Shown: positions 17,914 through 28,231 of the stretch, piece by piece
Layout: every line of letters begins with the position of its first letter
How positions within the stretch are numbered: position 1 is the stretch's first letter
DNA from: a virus
Direction: 5' to 3' (one strand)
Virus record (IMG/VR): IMGVR_UViG_3300047585_000133
Span: 56,291-120,290 of that record
Length of the DNA stretch: 64,000 nucleotides
Translations under genes and position numbers: made by a program
The notes under the pieces: generated by a model
Seen by the model: only the letters and a program-made list of their open reading frames with translations
The model's database searches: none
What the model was told of the DNA's origin: nothing

Positions 17914-18327
17914 GTGCAGTTCCTGGCCCTGATCGGCGTCGTCGTGCTGATCCTCCTGGTCTGCTGGGGAGGCGTCGAGCTGAACGACCTGATCCACCAG
18001 TACCCCGGGCAGTTCTACATGGGCGTCTTCGCCGTCCTGTTCATCGCCGCAGCCGCCGGGGCGGCGCGGTTCTACCGGGTTACGCACGACCAGGTGCCGC
18101 TGCGGCCGAAGGTCCCGGAGATGCCGAAGGCGATCGAGGCCGTCCCCCTGGTGACGGCTATCGCCGCGCCGCATACCGAGGAGGCGCAGGCCTGCGAGGG
18201 ACCAGGATGCGGCAACAAGGTGGACGACGACCCGTGGACGGCCGCACCCGAGGACGATCCGGACGACAAGCACCGTTTCTGCTCGCACCGCTGCGCCCGG
18301 CGCTGGAGCGACCGTCAGCCGGTGTAG
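17914..18327 (+). CDS. Two-TM membrane protein with C-terminal Zn finger
   Basis: Two TMs; CEGPGC...FCSHRC; RBS AGAGGAGG. Confidence 0.65.
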   Translation: MQFLALIGVVVLILLVCWGGVELNDLIHQYPGQFYMGVFAVLFIAAAAGAARFYRVTHDQVPLRPKVPEMPKAIEAVPLVTAIAAPHTEEAQACEGPGCGNKVDDDPWTAAPEDDPDDKHRFCSHRCARRWSDRQPV

Positions 18328-19688
18328 TTGTAGTTGTAACCCGCGTAGGTGTCGACGGTGGATGCCAGCGCGTAGTTGGTGACGGTCCCGCTGGTGGTCG
18401 CGGCGGCGCTGTAGCCGTTGAGCATGCCCACCCCGCCGACCTTGAACGGGGCGGCGCCCAGGCTGGTAGCGATGATCCCGTAGCGCGGACCGATGGTACC
18501 GGAGCCGCCGTCGCCGATCCCCGTGGTGACGACGGGGCAGCCGCCGACGTACACCGGCAGGCCCGCCGACCCGCCGGCCGCCGCGCTGTAGTTGACGTCG
18601 ATGCCGGCCCAGCTGCCCGCTGCCCCCGACTCTCCCTTGCCGTCCCGGCGGCAGCTCGGACTGGTGAGCTGGATCATGCAGGCTCCGGTCCCGGCTCCCT
18701 GGCCGGTCTGGAAGGTGGCGTCGCACCGGATGCCCGACTGGGTGTTCGCATCGGTCGAGAAGCTGTCGAAGGTGGCGTACCCGGGGGCGTACGTCCAGTC
18801 GTACGGCGTGCCGCCGTCGGTGATGTTGGTGAGGTGAAGCCCGTACCCTCCGTTCCACTCTCCACGGCAGTGGCTCCAGTGGCTGTTGTCTCCCCCGCAG
18901 ATCTGCCAGCCGTCCCCGCCGCAGCCGATGATGTAGCAGAAATGGAACTGGGAGTCCTCGGGGTAGATCAGCCTCGCGCCGTTCAGCGCACACGAATCGA
19001 TGGTGACGTTGCTCCAGATCTGCCCGTCGGCGCCGATGGGGGTCGCCGTGGTGTCCACGTGAGTGTTGACGCCGTTCCCCGACATCTCCACGATGCTCAC
19101 GTAGCTCATGGTCAGGAAGGCGGGCCCGTTGACCACGATGCCGTCCACCGGCTCGGCGGTATAGGCGGAGCCGACGATGCCGAAACCGGACAGGATCGGG
19201 GCGTTCACGGCCGTCGAGTCGGCGGTGTCGTCGCACGCGAACACGTAACTGCCGGAGAAGCTGCTGGAGACGACGAAAACCGAGCCGTTCATGTTCGCGG
19301 TGCCGGTCACCGATCCGCCCTGAACGCCGGCACCCTGAAGGACCAGGTTCTTCGGCAGCACCTGCCCGGCGGTCACGCTGAACCGGCCCGGGGGAACCGT
19401 GAGGCCGTACGGCGCCGGGTAGACGGCGGTCGCCGCCGCGCAGGCATTCGCCAGGGGCGTCGCGACCGACGTCGTCCCGGTCGGGTCGGCTCCGAAGTCC
19501 CGCACCAGGTTGGCCCACCCGGTGATCACCTTGCCGGCCCGCGCCAGCGTCAGGGTCTTGTTCGACCCCGAGGAGTTGGCCGGGGCCGTCGTGGTGTCAG
19601 CCGGGTCCAGGACGAGCAGCGAGACAGCTGCCGTGGGGTTCGTCAGCGCCGTGAGGGCTGTCCCGCCGGCCATATCGTAGTTGGGCAC
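18315..19688 (-). CDS. Pectate-lyase-like beta-helix tailspike/depolymerase
   Basis: NLVRDFGADPTGTT...LTVPPGRF N-cap, Gly/Asn beta-helix pattern. Confidence 0.75.
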   Translation of the reverse strand: MPNYDMAGGTALTALTNPTAAVSLLVLDPADTTTAPANSSGSNKTLTLARAGKVITGWANLVRDFGADPTGTTSVATPLANACAAATAVYPAPYGLTVPPGRFSVTAGQVLPKNLVLQGAGVQGGSVTGTANMNGSVFVVSSSFSGSYVFACDDTADSTAVNAPILSGFGIVGSAYTAEPVDGIVVNGPAFLTMSYVSIVEMSGNGVNTHVDTTATPIGADGQIWSNVTIDSCALNGARLIYPEDSQFHFCYIIGCGGDGWQICGGDNSHWSHCRGEWNGGYGLHLTNITDGGTPYDWTYAPGYATFDSFSTDANTQSGIRCDATFQTGQGAGTGACMIQLTSPSCRRDGKGESGAAGSWAGIDVNYSAAAGGSAGLPVYVGGCPVVTTGIGDGGSGTIGPRYGIIATSLGAAPFKVGGVGMLNGYSAAATTSGTVTNYALASTVDTYAGYNYNYTG

Positions 19689-19718
19689 CGCACCGCCTCT
19701 CCGGTCATTCCTTCCGGG

Positions 19719-21767
19719 TCAGGAGACGCGCTCGAAGGACGACGAGGCGATCGTGACGGTGTTCGACGTGTTCGCTGTCGCCCACGTCCAGTCCAGGGAC
19801 AGGTTCTCCGCCGAGCTGGTGGTTACCGTCACTGCCGAGGAAGCCTGGTTGAACCAGACGACGGATGCGGTAGTAGCCGTCGGACGGTACGTCAGCTGAA
19901 GCCAGCCGACGGCAGTCGTCGTCGTGTAGAACTCGATCTCGCCTTCGATCTTGACGGGGACAGCCGCCAGGCTCGCCGGAGACGCCGGAGCGGACGTGCC
20001 GGTCACCAGGGAGACGACCAGCGTGCCCGTCGTACCGCCCCACCGCAGGTCCACCGTGATCACGCCGGGCGTGGCCTCCGTGGTCAGCGTGCCGTGCGCC
20101 GTCACCCTGTACTTCGCCCCGGCGACAGGATCGTGAGCGGGCACGCTGACCGACCCGAGAGACCCGATCGCGTTCGTGTCCCCGACGGTAACCGGGGACA
20201 CGGCCGCCGGCTGCGCCTGCTGGAGCAGGCCGCCGAGTCCGGCTCCGGTGACCGACCCGAGATTGCCGTAACCGAGTCCGGCCGGGTCGTAGCCGACCAG
20301 CTGGGCGAAATACGGCGACGCAGCCGGGAACGCCGTCTGCCCCTGGACCGCAGCACCGGGATTTCCCGTAAGGTACAAGGGACTGCCAACGGCGGCCTGG
20401 GTGTAGTCGATGATGACGACGCCGCCGCCGTTGACGTAGTTGACTGTCTCGTTGACGCCTTCGTTTACCCCGGTCACCGAGTTGCCGATGACCAGGACAT
20501 TGGTCATCGTGCCGTCCAGCTGGACACCGTACGACTGGCTCCCCGGCGGGTCGTATGAATTATTGGCCCCTGTAACATCGGCCACCGTGATATTGGTGCA
20601 GGTGCCAGTCAGGTTAACGCCGCATCCGGTGGTAACGTCCGTCCCGGAGGAATTGGTGTCGCACTCGCCGCCGACGATGGTGGTGTAGGAGGCGCTGCTC
20701 AGGGTGACTCCGTGGAGGGCGCACTGCTGGAACGAGCAGCCGATGACCCGCTGGTAGCTGGCGGCACTGTACAGGCCGACGGCCGTCGTGGAAGTCCATG
20801 CTCCGCTTGCCTCTGAATAGCCGGCGTAAAATCCTTTGCAGCCGTTGAGGATATTGTTGCCCGAAGCAGCTTCAAAATGCATTGCGTCCAGGCCGGAATG
20901 CCCGCTGATAAAGTTAGTGAAGTGGTTGTCGGTGGCCCCTACGCCGTCAGATGCTGCGCCGTCTCCGCAGTAGAGCCCGTATCCGCTGCAGTTGTACTGA
21001 ATGCAGTCGGTCATCCGCATGCTGCGGACCTGGTTATCGAAATTATACGCATTGCCGTTAGCGGCCAGTACGACGATGCCGGTAAGCGTATGCATCTGGT
21101 CGTACGGCACCCATTGCACTTCAGGAGCGAAACCTGTGTTATCCAGGCCGATCCCGCCGCAGATATTATCGCAATTCAGGACAAAATTACGGAGCTTTAC
21201 CTGCTTGGTCGTTGCGGGAGTTTTGAGGGCTATCGCGTAGCCGGTAGTTCCGGTGGCCACCTGGAGAGTAGCGCCGTTTCCTTCGATGCCCCCGAGAGAA
21301 TCCGGGAGCAGGTTCGTGACGTAGTACAGGGCGCCGGTCGCGAGGGAGGCGAGCTGGCCGGCCTGGGCGACCGCGTTGATCGCGCTGGTGTCCGTCGCGC
21401 CGCTCGTGTCGCCGGACGGCAGGACCAGTCCCGTGGTACCAGCCTGGACCAGTTCCTCCAGGGCGGCGGCGGTGATCACGTTCTCGACGGTGAACCCGCT
21501 CGTATGGGTGACCGGGGTCGTGCCTTCGGCTCCGCGTGTTACCGTCCACGTAGTGCCGCTGACGTTGGTGACGATCATCTTCTCCGACGAGGCTGCCGGG
21601 TCGGTGACCCGGAAGAACGTCGGCGGGGAGGCCGTCGAGCTGGCCGCCGGGAACCCGGTGCTGGCCGCCACGGTCCACGTCTGGGAAGTGCCGGCTGAGG
21701 GCGCGGTGGTCCCGCCGCTGGACACGGTGGTCTGCGCCTGGTTGGCGAAAAGCTCAAGCCCGGCCAA
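19719..21767 (-). CDS. Beta-helix tailspike/fibre protein
   Basis: Attachment motif EKMIVT...WTVTRGAEGT, PSGDTSGATDTSAINA beta-helix start, C-terminal beta-sandwich. Confidence 0.75.
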   Translation of the reverse strand: MAGLELFANQAQTTVSSGGTTAPSAGTSQTWTVAASTGFPAASSTASPPTFFRVTDPAASSEKMIVTNVSGTTWTVTRGAEGTTPVTHTSGFTVENVITAAALEELVQAGTTGLVLPSGDTSGATDTSAINAVAQAGQLASLATGALYYVTNLLPDSLGGIEGNGATLQVATGTTGYAIALKTPATTKQVKLRNFVLNCDNICGGIGLDNTGFAPEVQWVPYDQMHTLTGIVVLAANGNAYNFDNQVRSMRMTDCIQYNCSGYGLYCGDGAASDGVGATDNHFTNFISGHSGLDAMHFEAASGNNILNGCKGFYAGYSEASGAWTSTTAVGLYSAASYQRVIGCSFQQCALHGVTLSSASYTTIVGGECDTNSSGTDVTTGCGVNLTGTCTNITVADVTGANNSYDPPGSQSYGVQLDGTMTNVLVIGNSVTGVNEGVNETVNYVNGGGVVIIDYTQAAVGSPLYLTGNPGAAVQGQTAFPAASPYFAQLVGYDPAGLGYGNLGSVTGAGLGGLLQQAQPAAVSPVTVGDTNAIGSLGSVSVPAHDPVAGAKYRVTAHGTLTTEATPGVITVDLRWGGTTGTLVVSLVTGTSAPASPASLAAVPVKIEGEIEFYTTTTAVGWLQLTYRPTATTASVVWFNQASSAVTVTTSSAENLSLDWTWATANTSNTVTIASSSFERVS

Positions 21768-21805
21768 GTTCCCCTCCGGAAGTAGTGCTCAGGACTTCCG
21801 TGGGC

Positions 21806-24628
21806 TCACCCGGTTACCCCGGCGAATACCTGCTTCTGCGCCTCCCGGAAGGCCTTGTAGGCAAGGTCGGCCTGGCGTTCGGCTTCGTAGGCCTTCCCGT
21901 ACAGGAACCCGGCGGTTCCGTCGGTGCCGCCCGCCTGGCGGGACATCCGCCAGTTCTCCATAGCCCGGTTCTCGATATGCCGGAGATGCTGGTAAGCCGC
22001 CCACAGCCCTTCCAGGTCAGGTCCGGCCGTCCCGGAGACGGCCATGAGCGGGTACCCCGAGAACGCGGCCGTCCCCTCGGCGCTGAACGCCGCCGTCAGC
22101 AGCGCGGCAGCGGCCAGGGATGCTCTCGCAGCCAGGACGTGATGAGGGGCCGCGCTCAGGGTCCCGAGGCCGCTGAGCGGCGCCGCCGCGTTTGCCCGCT
22201 TCGTCCCGGTGCCGGATGCCGACCCGGACCCGGACAGTGCGGCGGCCCCGTGGACGTACCCTCCGCTGGCCGCCGTGAGGGACCCGGTCCCGGCCAGGAC
22301 GGCTGACGCATGCTTGACGAGGACCTGCGAAACACCCAGGGTTCCCGAACCGGACAGGGCTGCGGAACCGGGGACGAGCAGGTACCCGGCAGCGGCGAAT
22401 GTCCCCGAACCTGAGAGGGAAGCGGCACCCGGCAGCCCGTAGACAGCGGTGCCCCCGAGTATCCCGGCACCGGAAAGAGCCGCCGACCCGGGAAGAATGC
22501 CGGTCGCGGCTGCGCTGAGAGCACCGGACCCGGACAGTGACGCCGCACCGGGAATGTTTTTGTGCCCCGTCCCGCCGAGAGTGCCTGAACCGGACAGGGC
22601 GGCGGCAGCGAGGAGACTCTCTTCGGCGGAGGAAGCAGCCGTGCCCGAACCGGACAGTGCGGCGGCCCCGTTCACCTGCTTCTGGCCGGTACCGTTGAGC
22701 GTCCCGGCCCCGGACAGAGCAGCGGCAGACGGGATGAACCCGCCGGACACGCCCGTCAGGAGACCAGATCCGGACAGGGCGGCCGACCCGGAGAAGGTCT
22801 CCGTTCCGTCCGGGGTCAGGGCCCCGGCTCCGGACAGTACAGCCGCACCGGGGACCTTCTTGGCACCGCCGCCCGCCAGGCTTCCCGACCCCGACAGCGT
22901 CGCGGCACCAGGGATGCTCTTCTGGCCGGTGCCCGCCAGCGCTCCGGCCCCGGACAGGGATGCCGCTGCGGGCATCTGGTTCTGCCCCGAGGCGGTGAGT
23001 CCTCCGGTGCCGGACAGGACCGCTGTTCCGGCGAAGACGGCGGCGCCGGCCAGGGACCCCAGGCCGCTAAGGGAAGCCGCACCGGGAATACTCTTCTGCC
23101 CGGTGCCGCCGAGAGCGCCCGAACCGGACAGGGAGGCAGCACCGGGAACGATCTCCAGGCCCGCTGCGGCCAGAGTGCCGCTGCCGGACAGGGCAGATGC
23201 CCCGGGGATCTTCTTCTGGCCTGCGGCACTGAAGGCACCGGACCCTGAAAGCGCCGCCGCACCAGGGATGCTCTTCTGGGCCATGCCGCTGAGAGTGCCC
23301 GAACCGGACAGAACGGCGGCACCCGCGTACGTCCCGGTTTCCGTCCCCGAAAGGGCACCCGAACCGGACAGTGCTGCCGCGCCGGACAGGGTTGTCGCTG
23401 CCGACGGAGTGCCCGGTACCGCGCTGCCGGGCAGCGCGATGCCGGGAACGGCCGGAGTGAGGAAAGGAAGAGGCCCGGTGCCTGTCAGCGTTCCGGTACC
23501 GGACAGGACCGCAGCCCCGGAGATCTTCTTCTGGCCGGTACCCGCCAGGGTCCCTGACCCGCCGAGGGATGCGGCACCGGGGATCTTCTTGGCTCCCGTG
23601 GCGGACGCATTCCCCGAGCCGGACAGGGCGGCTGCTCCGGGAAGGACCGCCCGGCCTGCTGCGCTGAGAGTGCCGGACCCGGACAGGGACGCGGCTCCGG
23701 CGAAGTATCCGGCTCCGCCTGCTGTTCCGGTGCCGCTGAGCGCGGCAGCTCCGGGAATCGTCTTCTGCGCCGCTGAGGTGAGGACTCCGGACCCGGACAG
23801 GGATGCTGTCCCGGCGAGATTGCCGGCGGCTGTCAGAGTGCCGCTGCCGGACAGGGCAGATGCCCCGGGGATCTTCTTCTGGCCAGCTGATGCGAGGGTC
23901 CCGGACCCGGACAGTGACGCCGCACCAGGGATGCTCTTCTGGGCCGTCCCGCCGAGAACGCCGGACCCGGACAGGGCGGCGGCACCCGACAGGGTCGTCG
24001 AGGTGGGCGCGATGGTGACGATGGACGCGACCCAGTTCTGCGCCGTCGTCGAGGTCTGCGACCACGAGTACGTGCCCCCGGAAGACGAAGGCAGCTGGTA
24101 GCCGGCCCACGACCACGCCTGGGAATCCTGGGTGGCGGTCCAGGACCCGCCGGGCGAGGCCGACGCCTCCCCGTAGATCACGGACGAGCCGATGACCAGT
24201 TCGTTCGCGGCGGTAATCGCGGCGGTGGTGCCGGACGACGGGTCGAGGCTGGCCGTCCCGGTGTTCGAGACCGACTTGTCGATCGTCGGCGACGAGCCGA
24301 GGCCGCTGACCTCGTACGCCTTGCAGTCGTACGAGGTCCCGGTGCTGGCGCTGAACCCGAACGTCTTGACGCCGCCGGACACGGCGGCGAACACGTACAC
24401 GACCTGGCGGACTGTGTCAGTCGAGCCGCCGGACAGGGGCGGCTGGTAGGTCAGGGTCGGGCTGGTGGCACCGCCCCCGTTGCCGCCGCTGAAGGTAACG
24501 CCCGTTGTGCCGCCGTTGTAGCAGGTGCCGATCACGACCACCGCGTTGCCGGAGGCGACGTTGTTGGTGAACGTCCCCGAGGAAGCGAAGTCTGCCGACG
24601 TCCCGGTCTGGACGATGGTGGTGGTCAC
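21806..24628 (-). CDS. Gly/Ala/Ser-rich repetitive fibre-like virion protein (940 aa)
   Basis: About 30 copies of a ~22-aa GAAxLSGSGxL unit after an N-terminal beta-rich domain. Confidence 0.75.
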   Translation of the reverse strand: MTTTIVQTGTSADFASSGTFTNNVASGNAVVVIGTCYNGGTTGVTFSGGNGGGATSPTLTYQPPLSGGSTDTVRQVVYVFAAVSGGVKTFGFSASTGTSYDCKAYEVSGLGSSPTIDKSVSNTGTASLDPSSGTTAAITAANELVIGSSVIYGEASASPGGSWTATQDSQAWSWAGYQLPSSSGGTYSWSQTSTTAQNWVASIVTIAPTSTTLSGAAALSGSGVLGGTAQKSIPGAASLSGSGTLASAGQKKIPGASALSGSGTLTAAGNLAGTASLSGSGVLTSAAQKTIPGAAALSGTGTAGGAGYFAGAASLSGSGTLSAAGRAVLPGAAALSGSGNASATGAKKIPGAASLGGSGTLAGTGQKKISGAAVLSGTGTLTGTGPLPFLTPAVPGIALPGSAVPGTPSAATTLSGAAALSGSGALSGTETGTYAGAAVLSGSGTLSGMAQKSIPGAAALSGSGAFSAAGQKKIPGASALSGSGTLAAAGLEIVPGAASLSGSGALGGTGQKSIPGAASLSGLGSLAGAAVFAGTAVLSGTGGLTASGQNQMPAAASLSGAGALAGTGQKSIPGAATLSGSGSLAGGGAKKVPGAAVLSGAGALTPDGTETFSGSAALSGSGLLTGVSGGFIPSAAALSGAGTLNGTGQKQVNGAAALSGSGTAASSAEESLLAAAALSGSGTLGGTGHKNIPGAASLSGSGALSAAATGILPGSAALSGAGILGGTAVYGLPGAASLSGSGTFAAAGYLLVPGSAALSGSGTLGVSQVLVKHASAVLAGTGSLTAASGGYVHGAAALSGSGSASGTGTKRANAAAPLSGLGTLSAAPHHVLAARASLAAAALLTAAFSAEGTAAFSGYPLMAVSGTAGPDLEGLWAAYQHLRHIENRAMENWRMSRQAGGTDGTAGFLYGKAYEAERQADLAYKAFREAQKQVFAGVTG
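22150..24000. repeat. Coding tandem repeat, ~66-bp degenerate unit
   Basis: Recurring CCGGACAG core encoding LSG. Confidence 0.8.
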
Positions 24629-24664
24629 TGCCGCCGCCCTCCTGACGCGGGCAGGGGGCCGTGT

Positions 24665-25114
24665 TTACCAGGTGGAGGCGTTCACGGTGACGCTGGCTGC
24701 TGCGAACTGCACGGTGTCCCCGGAGGCCACGCCCGTGATGTTGGCGGTCAGCGCCCCCCACAGGTGCCGGACCGGCGTGCCGGAGGTATCCCAGATCTCG
24801 ATGGCGACGACGGTGGACCAGGTCCCGGTAGCAGACCAGGACACCACGTTGGCATTGGAGAACTGGCCGCCGGAGATGCTGCCCGCGAAAGTGGTCCCGA
24901 GGGACGAGCCGCCGGCGGTGTACCCGTTGGAAGTGCTCAGCTCGGTGCCGGTCGCCGTTTCGGACCCGATCACCGAGAAGAGCCGCAGGTGGAACGGCGG
25001 CGTGACGGTCTGGGAGGTGCCGCCGGTCCCGGCTGTGACCGTCGTGGCGGTCGACGTCTTGTAGAGGTTGGTGAGCAGGCCGTTGACGAACGTCTGGTCC
25101 ATCATCCCGGTCAT
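24665..25114 (-). CDS. Minor structural/fibre-associated protein
   Basis: LRLFS...GTELS...GY...IWD...GN-like pattern common in actinophage structural modules. Confidence 0.7.
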   Translation of the reverse strand: MTGMMDQTFVNGLLTNLYKTSTATTVTAGTGGTSQTVTPPFHLRLFSVIGSETATGTELSTSNGYTAGGSSLGTTFAGSISGGQFSNANVVSWSATGTWSTVVAIEIWDTSGTPVRHLWGALTANITGVASGDTVQFAAASVTVNASTW

Positions 25115-25338
25115 CAGGCACCCCCGGCCGGAGCGACTTCAGCACTGCCGGGGACCATGGTGATAGTCACCGGGCGGCACGGGACCGCGCCGGGCTCGTT
25201 AGCCGCCTGGCCGTGATGGTGATCCTGCGGGCAGCACTTGCAGCCCGCCGCGTCGAGCGCGGTGTGGACGTCCACGTCGTCCTCGGTGATCACCGCGACT
25301 GCGGTGCAGTCGGGGTTCTTGTCCTGCACCAGGTGCAC
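25114..25338 (-). CDS. Small Cys/His-rich protein
   Basis: GCKCCPQDHHHG...PCRP; RBS GAGGAGG. Confidence 0.6.
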   Translation of the reverse strand: MHLVQDKNPDCTAVAVITEDDVDVHTALDAAGCKCCPQDHHHGQAANEPGAVPCRPVTITMVPGSAEVAPAGGA

Positions 25339-25352
25339 GCCGTCCTCCTCGT

Positions 25353-27626
25353 TCAGCCCCCGGCCGGGGTGTACTTCTCGTAGTCGGCCAGGTGACCGTC
25401 TTCCTCGGTCACTCCCAGCCGGGCGCGCATCCCCACGTGCGGCGGATCCTGGTAGGCGCGGATCGACGGCCCGGACATCCATCCGCCCTTGCCGTCCTTC
25501 GCTTCCACTTCGGAGTCCGGCAGGTGGGCTTCGAGGACGAAGCCTTCGCCGCCGGACGACGCGGCTACTCCTTCCAGGGGCGCTTCGTCCACTGCGCGGG
25601 CGAGGGCGGCCATCTTCCTGACCCGGTCGGCCCGGCGGAACAGCGCGCCCTGCTTCGGCATGCCGCGCTTGCCTGCTTTCGGCATGGACCCGCGCTGCTC
25701 GTCGGACTCCGGCGGGCGCTGCGGGTCAGCGTCTTGCTCAGCCGTCTCGCCTTCCGGCGGGGCGTTGAGCGGGCCGCCCGTCTGGGCGTCCATCTCGTCG
25801 GCCATCTGCTGGTCCTCGGGGGTGGGCGCGAGGTCGGGCAGCGGGAGGGGGGAAGCGCCCATCCGGTCGATCATCATGGCCTGGCCCGCTACGGCCGGGG
25901 GCACGCCTTCCACCTGGGCGACCGGAGCGAAGTCGGCCATGAGGTCGGCGGGGACCGGCAGTCCCTGGTTGCGGAGTTCGACGAACGCCTGGCGGCGGGT
26001 ACGGGCCTGGGCGATGATGTCGGCTACCGCCTCGTCCTGGGACCGTTCGCGTTCCTCGTCCAGCTCGATGCCGAGGCCCCGGGTCCGGGTGCGGGCGGAG
26101 ATCGGGATGCCGCTGGCGCGAAGGGCCTCGGTGAACTGGCGGGTGGTGTCCTCGTCCCGGAAGTTCAGCACCTGGCAGGTCAGGTCGGGCACCAGGAGTT
26201 TCGGCTGCTCGGTGATGCGCTTCTCGCCGGTCTCCTCGTCGGTTTCGAGGACTTCCTCCATGATCACGAAGCGGCGGCCGTTGCGTTCCTCGTAGTCGTA
26301 GTGCTCCTGTGCTTCGGCGACGATGAGCATCCGCTGCCTGATGTGCCGCTTCAGCATCTTCTGGTAGCTGGTCATCAGCTGCTCGACCAGCTGCTTGTTG
26401 AGGGCGTCGGCGGCGTAGGTCTGGCCTTCTCCGGCTCCGGTGAGGAATGTGCGCGAAAGTCCGAAAACTTGCAGGACGCGGTCTTCGATGCGTTCGAAGT
26501 CCATGCTCAGGTCGGGCATGTTCTCCCGGCCGAAGACGGACTCCAGCTCGACGGCGAAGTTGTGGATCAGCACCCGGAAGTCCCCGGCGAGGGCGGCGTC
26601 CATGGCCATCTCGAAGTTTTCGAGGTCGTCGTCGGTGGGGATCCACGGGACCGACGTGCCGAGGTCGGTGGCGCTGGCACCGAGTTTGGCCAGCAGCAGC
26701 GGGGTGTAGAGCCGGTCGGCGATCGAGTCCAGGGCGGTGTTGAGCATCTCCTGCTGGAGCATCGAGCGCATCGCCCGGGTCAGCAGCGGCAGCCCTCTCA
26801 GGTTGAAGGTGTCGCCCTTGAACTTGAGCTGCCGCAGCAGGATGTTGCTGACCGGCATGAAAGCGTTCTCGGCCGTGTAGGCGGCCAGCTCCGGGTACTC
26901 CTGGACGAGCTTGTTATATTCCCAGGCGGGCTGGCGGGTGGTGAGGATCTGCCGGATCGTCCACGGCAGCCGGGTGAAGTACCGGGGTTCCTTCAGGAAC
27001 GGGCTGCGCTCGACCTTGATGTCGTCGGAGTTGAGCAGCTCCTCGTCGTCCCAGATTCCCAGGTCCTCGTTGAAGGTGGCGAACGGCCACGCCTCGCCCG
27101 TGATGTAGTACTCGCGGCCGATGTCGACGAGGAATTCCGAGTAGTCCAGGCCGTCGTCGCCGAAGAACAGGTCCTCGTAGAACTCCGTCAGCCGCTGGTC
27201 TTTGCATTCGAGCTTGGCGCCGACAACAGGGAACTTGGAGAAGATGTCGATGCAGGAGCCGACGATCGGGTCCGTCTGGTAAAGGAGTCGGCAAAAGGCT
27301 CTGACCTTAGCCAGTTCCTCGTTCTGGCTGAAGTCGTAGGGAAGGTTGTTCTGGCGCCAGTAGAAGAGCGGGTCTCTGGGCCTGCCTGTAGCAAACTGGA
27401 TGTCGCTGAACCCCGACCCGCCGGCTCCGCCCGTCGAGTAGCCCGTACGGCGGCCGACCGAGGCGGTACGTGCGTTGGCCCGGCGGTTCTTACGGGCCTC
27501 CAGCACTTCGGGGGACATCTGCTCGGCGGAGGCCGCCCCGATGCCCATGGTGCGGCCGAGCTGACGGGCGACCGAAGCCTGCCGTGCAGCACCCGACCCC
27601 GGCTGGTACGCGACCCTCATCCGCAA
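25353..27626 (-). CDS. Portal protein (cluster C-like)
   Basis: RLLYQTDPIVGSCIDIFSKFP, GEAWPF, RGLPLLTRAMR, DSIADRLYTPLLLAKLG; head-module position. Confidence 0.85.
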   Translation of the reverse strand: MRMRVAYQPGSGAARQASVARQLGRTMGIGAASAEQMSPEVLEARKNRRANARTASVGRRTGYSTGGAGGSGFSDIQFATGRPRDPLFYWRQNNLPYDFSQNEELAKVRAFCRLLYQTDPIVGSCIDIFSKFPVVGAKLECKDQRLTEFYEDLFFGDDGLDYSEFLVDIGREYYITGEAWPFATFNEDLGIWDDEELLNSDDIKVERSPFLKEPRYFTRLPWTIRQILTTRQPAWEYNKLVQEYPELAAYTAENAFMPVSNILLRQLKFKGDTFNLRGLPLLTRAMRSMLQQEMLNTALDSIADRLYTPLLLAKLGASATDLGTSVPWIPTDDDLENFEMAMDAALAGDFRVLIHNFAVELESVFGRENMPDLSMDFERIEDRVLQVFGLSRTFLTGAGEGQTYAADALNKQLVEQLMTSYQKMLKRHIRQRMLIVAEAQEHYDYEERNGRRFVIMEEVLETDEETGEKRITEQPKLLVPDLTCQVLNFRDEDTTRQFTEALRASGIPISARTRTRGLGIELDEERERSQDEAVADIIAQARTRRQAFVELRNQGLPVPADLMADFAPVAQVEGVPPAVAGQAMMIDRMGASPLPLPDLAPTPEDQQMADEMDAQTGGPLNAPPEGETAEQDADPQRPPESDEQRGSMPKAGKRGMPKQGALFRRADRVRKMAALARAVDEAPLEGVAASSGGEGFVLEAHLPDSEVEAKDGKGGWMSGPSIRAYQDPPHVGMRARLGVTEEDGHLADYEKYTPAGG

Positions 27627-27668
27627 TGACCTCCTGCCCCTTCCGGGGGAGGAGGTCTTGAGACTAAA

Positions 27669-28037
27669 TCAGAAGCGTCTCGGCCAGGTTCCGTCGTTCT
27701 CGGAACCGGGCGTCATCTGCTCCTGCATAGAGCGGAGAACGTGCGGCTGCCGCATAGCGGCTACGGCACGTTCTCCTACGTCGTCGTCTCCGGGGCCGAG
27801 CCCGACGCTGAGCGAGCGCATGTTCGCAGGATCGCTGTTGTGAAGAACCCGCAACTTCCACTGACCTTCATCGTGGTTGTACGGAGTGATCACCGTGTGC
27901 CCGGTCTCAAGGTGGGCGATGCCCAGGCCGTCGCTGCGCGAGGTGATCCCGTTGCGCTCAAGTGACGGACGGGCGCGTTCCCATCGCTGCTCGTCTTCCG
28001 AAGCCGCCCTTTTCCGCAGCAGGTCGGAGATGCCCAT
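27669..28037 (-). CDS. Hypothetical protein (ETGHT module paralog)
   Basis: LETGHT...LG...VLRSMQEQM. Confidence 0.65.
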   Translation of the reverse strand: MGISDLLRKRAASEDEQRWERARPSLERNGITSRSDGLGIAHLETGHTVITPYNHDEGQWKLRVLHNSDPANMRSLSVGLGPGDDDVGERAVAAMRQPHVLRSMQEQMTPGSENDGTWPRRF

Positions 28038-28231
28038 CAGTCCTCCCCGGGGTCGCCGGACTCCAGGATCATCCAGGCCAGCGCCCGCCACTCCTGCCAG
28101 GTGGCAATCGGGGACAAGATGATCCACTTCTTGCAGCGGCTGTCCTCGGTGAACTGCGGCTGGCCCTCAGGATCGGCCAGCCGCCGTGCGCCGGGCTCGC
28201 CGGTAACGGTCAGCCTCCCGCTGTTACTCAT
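28037..28231 (-). CDS. Small hypothetical protein
   Basis: Overlaps both neighbours. Confidence 0.55.
   Translation of the reverse strand: MSNSGRLTVTGEPGARRLADPEGQPQFTEDSRCKKWIILSPIATWQEWRALAWMILESGDPGED

Noticed and set aside
22150-24000. Regularly spaced CCGGACAG repeats as a CRISPR array
   Set aside because: Units are degenerate at third codon positions and encode an in-frame protein repeat; no cas genes or unique spacers
25392-27629. 745-aa plus-strand ORF and similar long antisense ORFs (5323..6348, 7956..10199, 14805..16610, 18207..20558)
   Set aside because: Shadow frames of real minus-strand genes in high-GC DNA; no motifs or RBS
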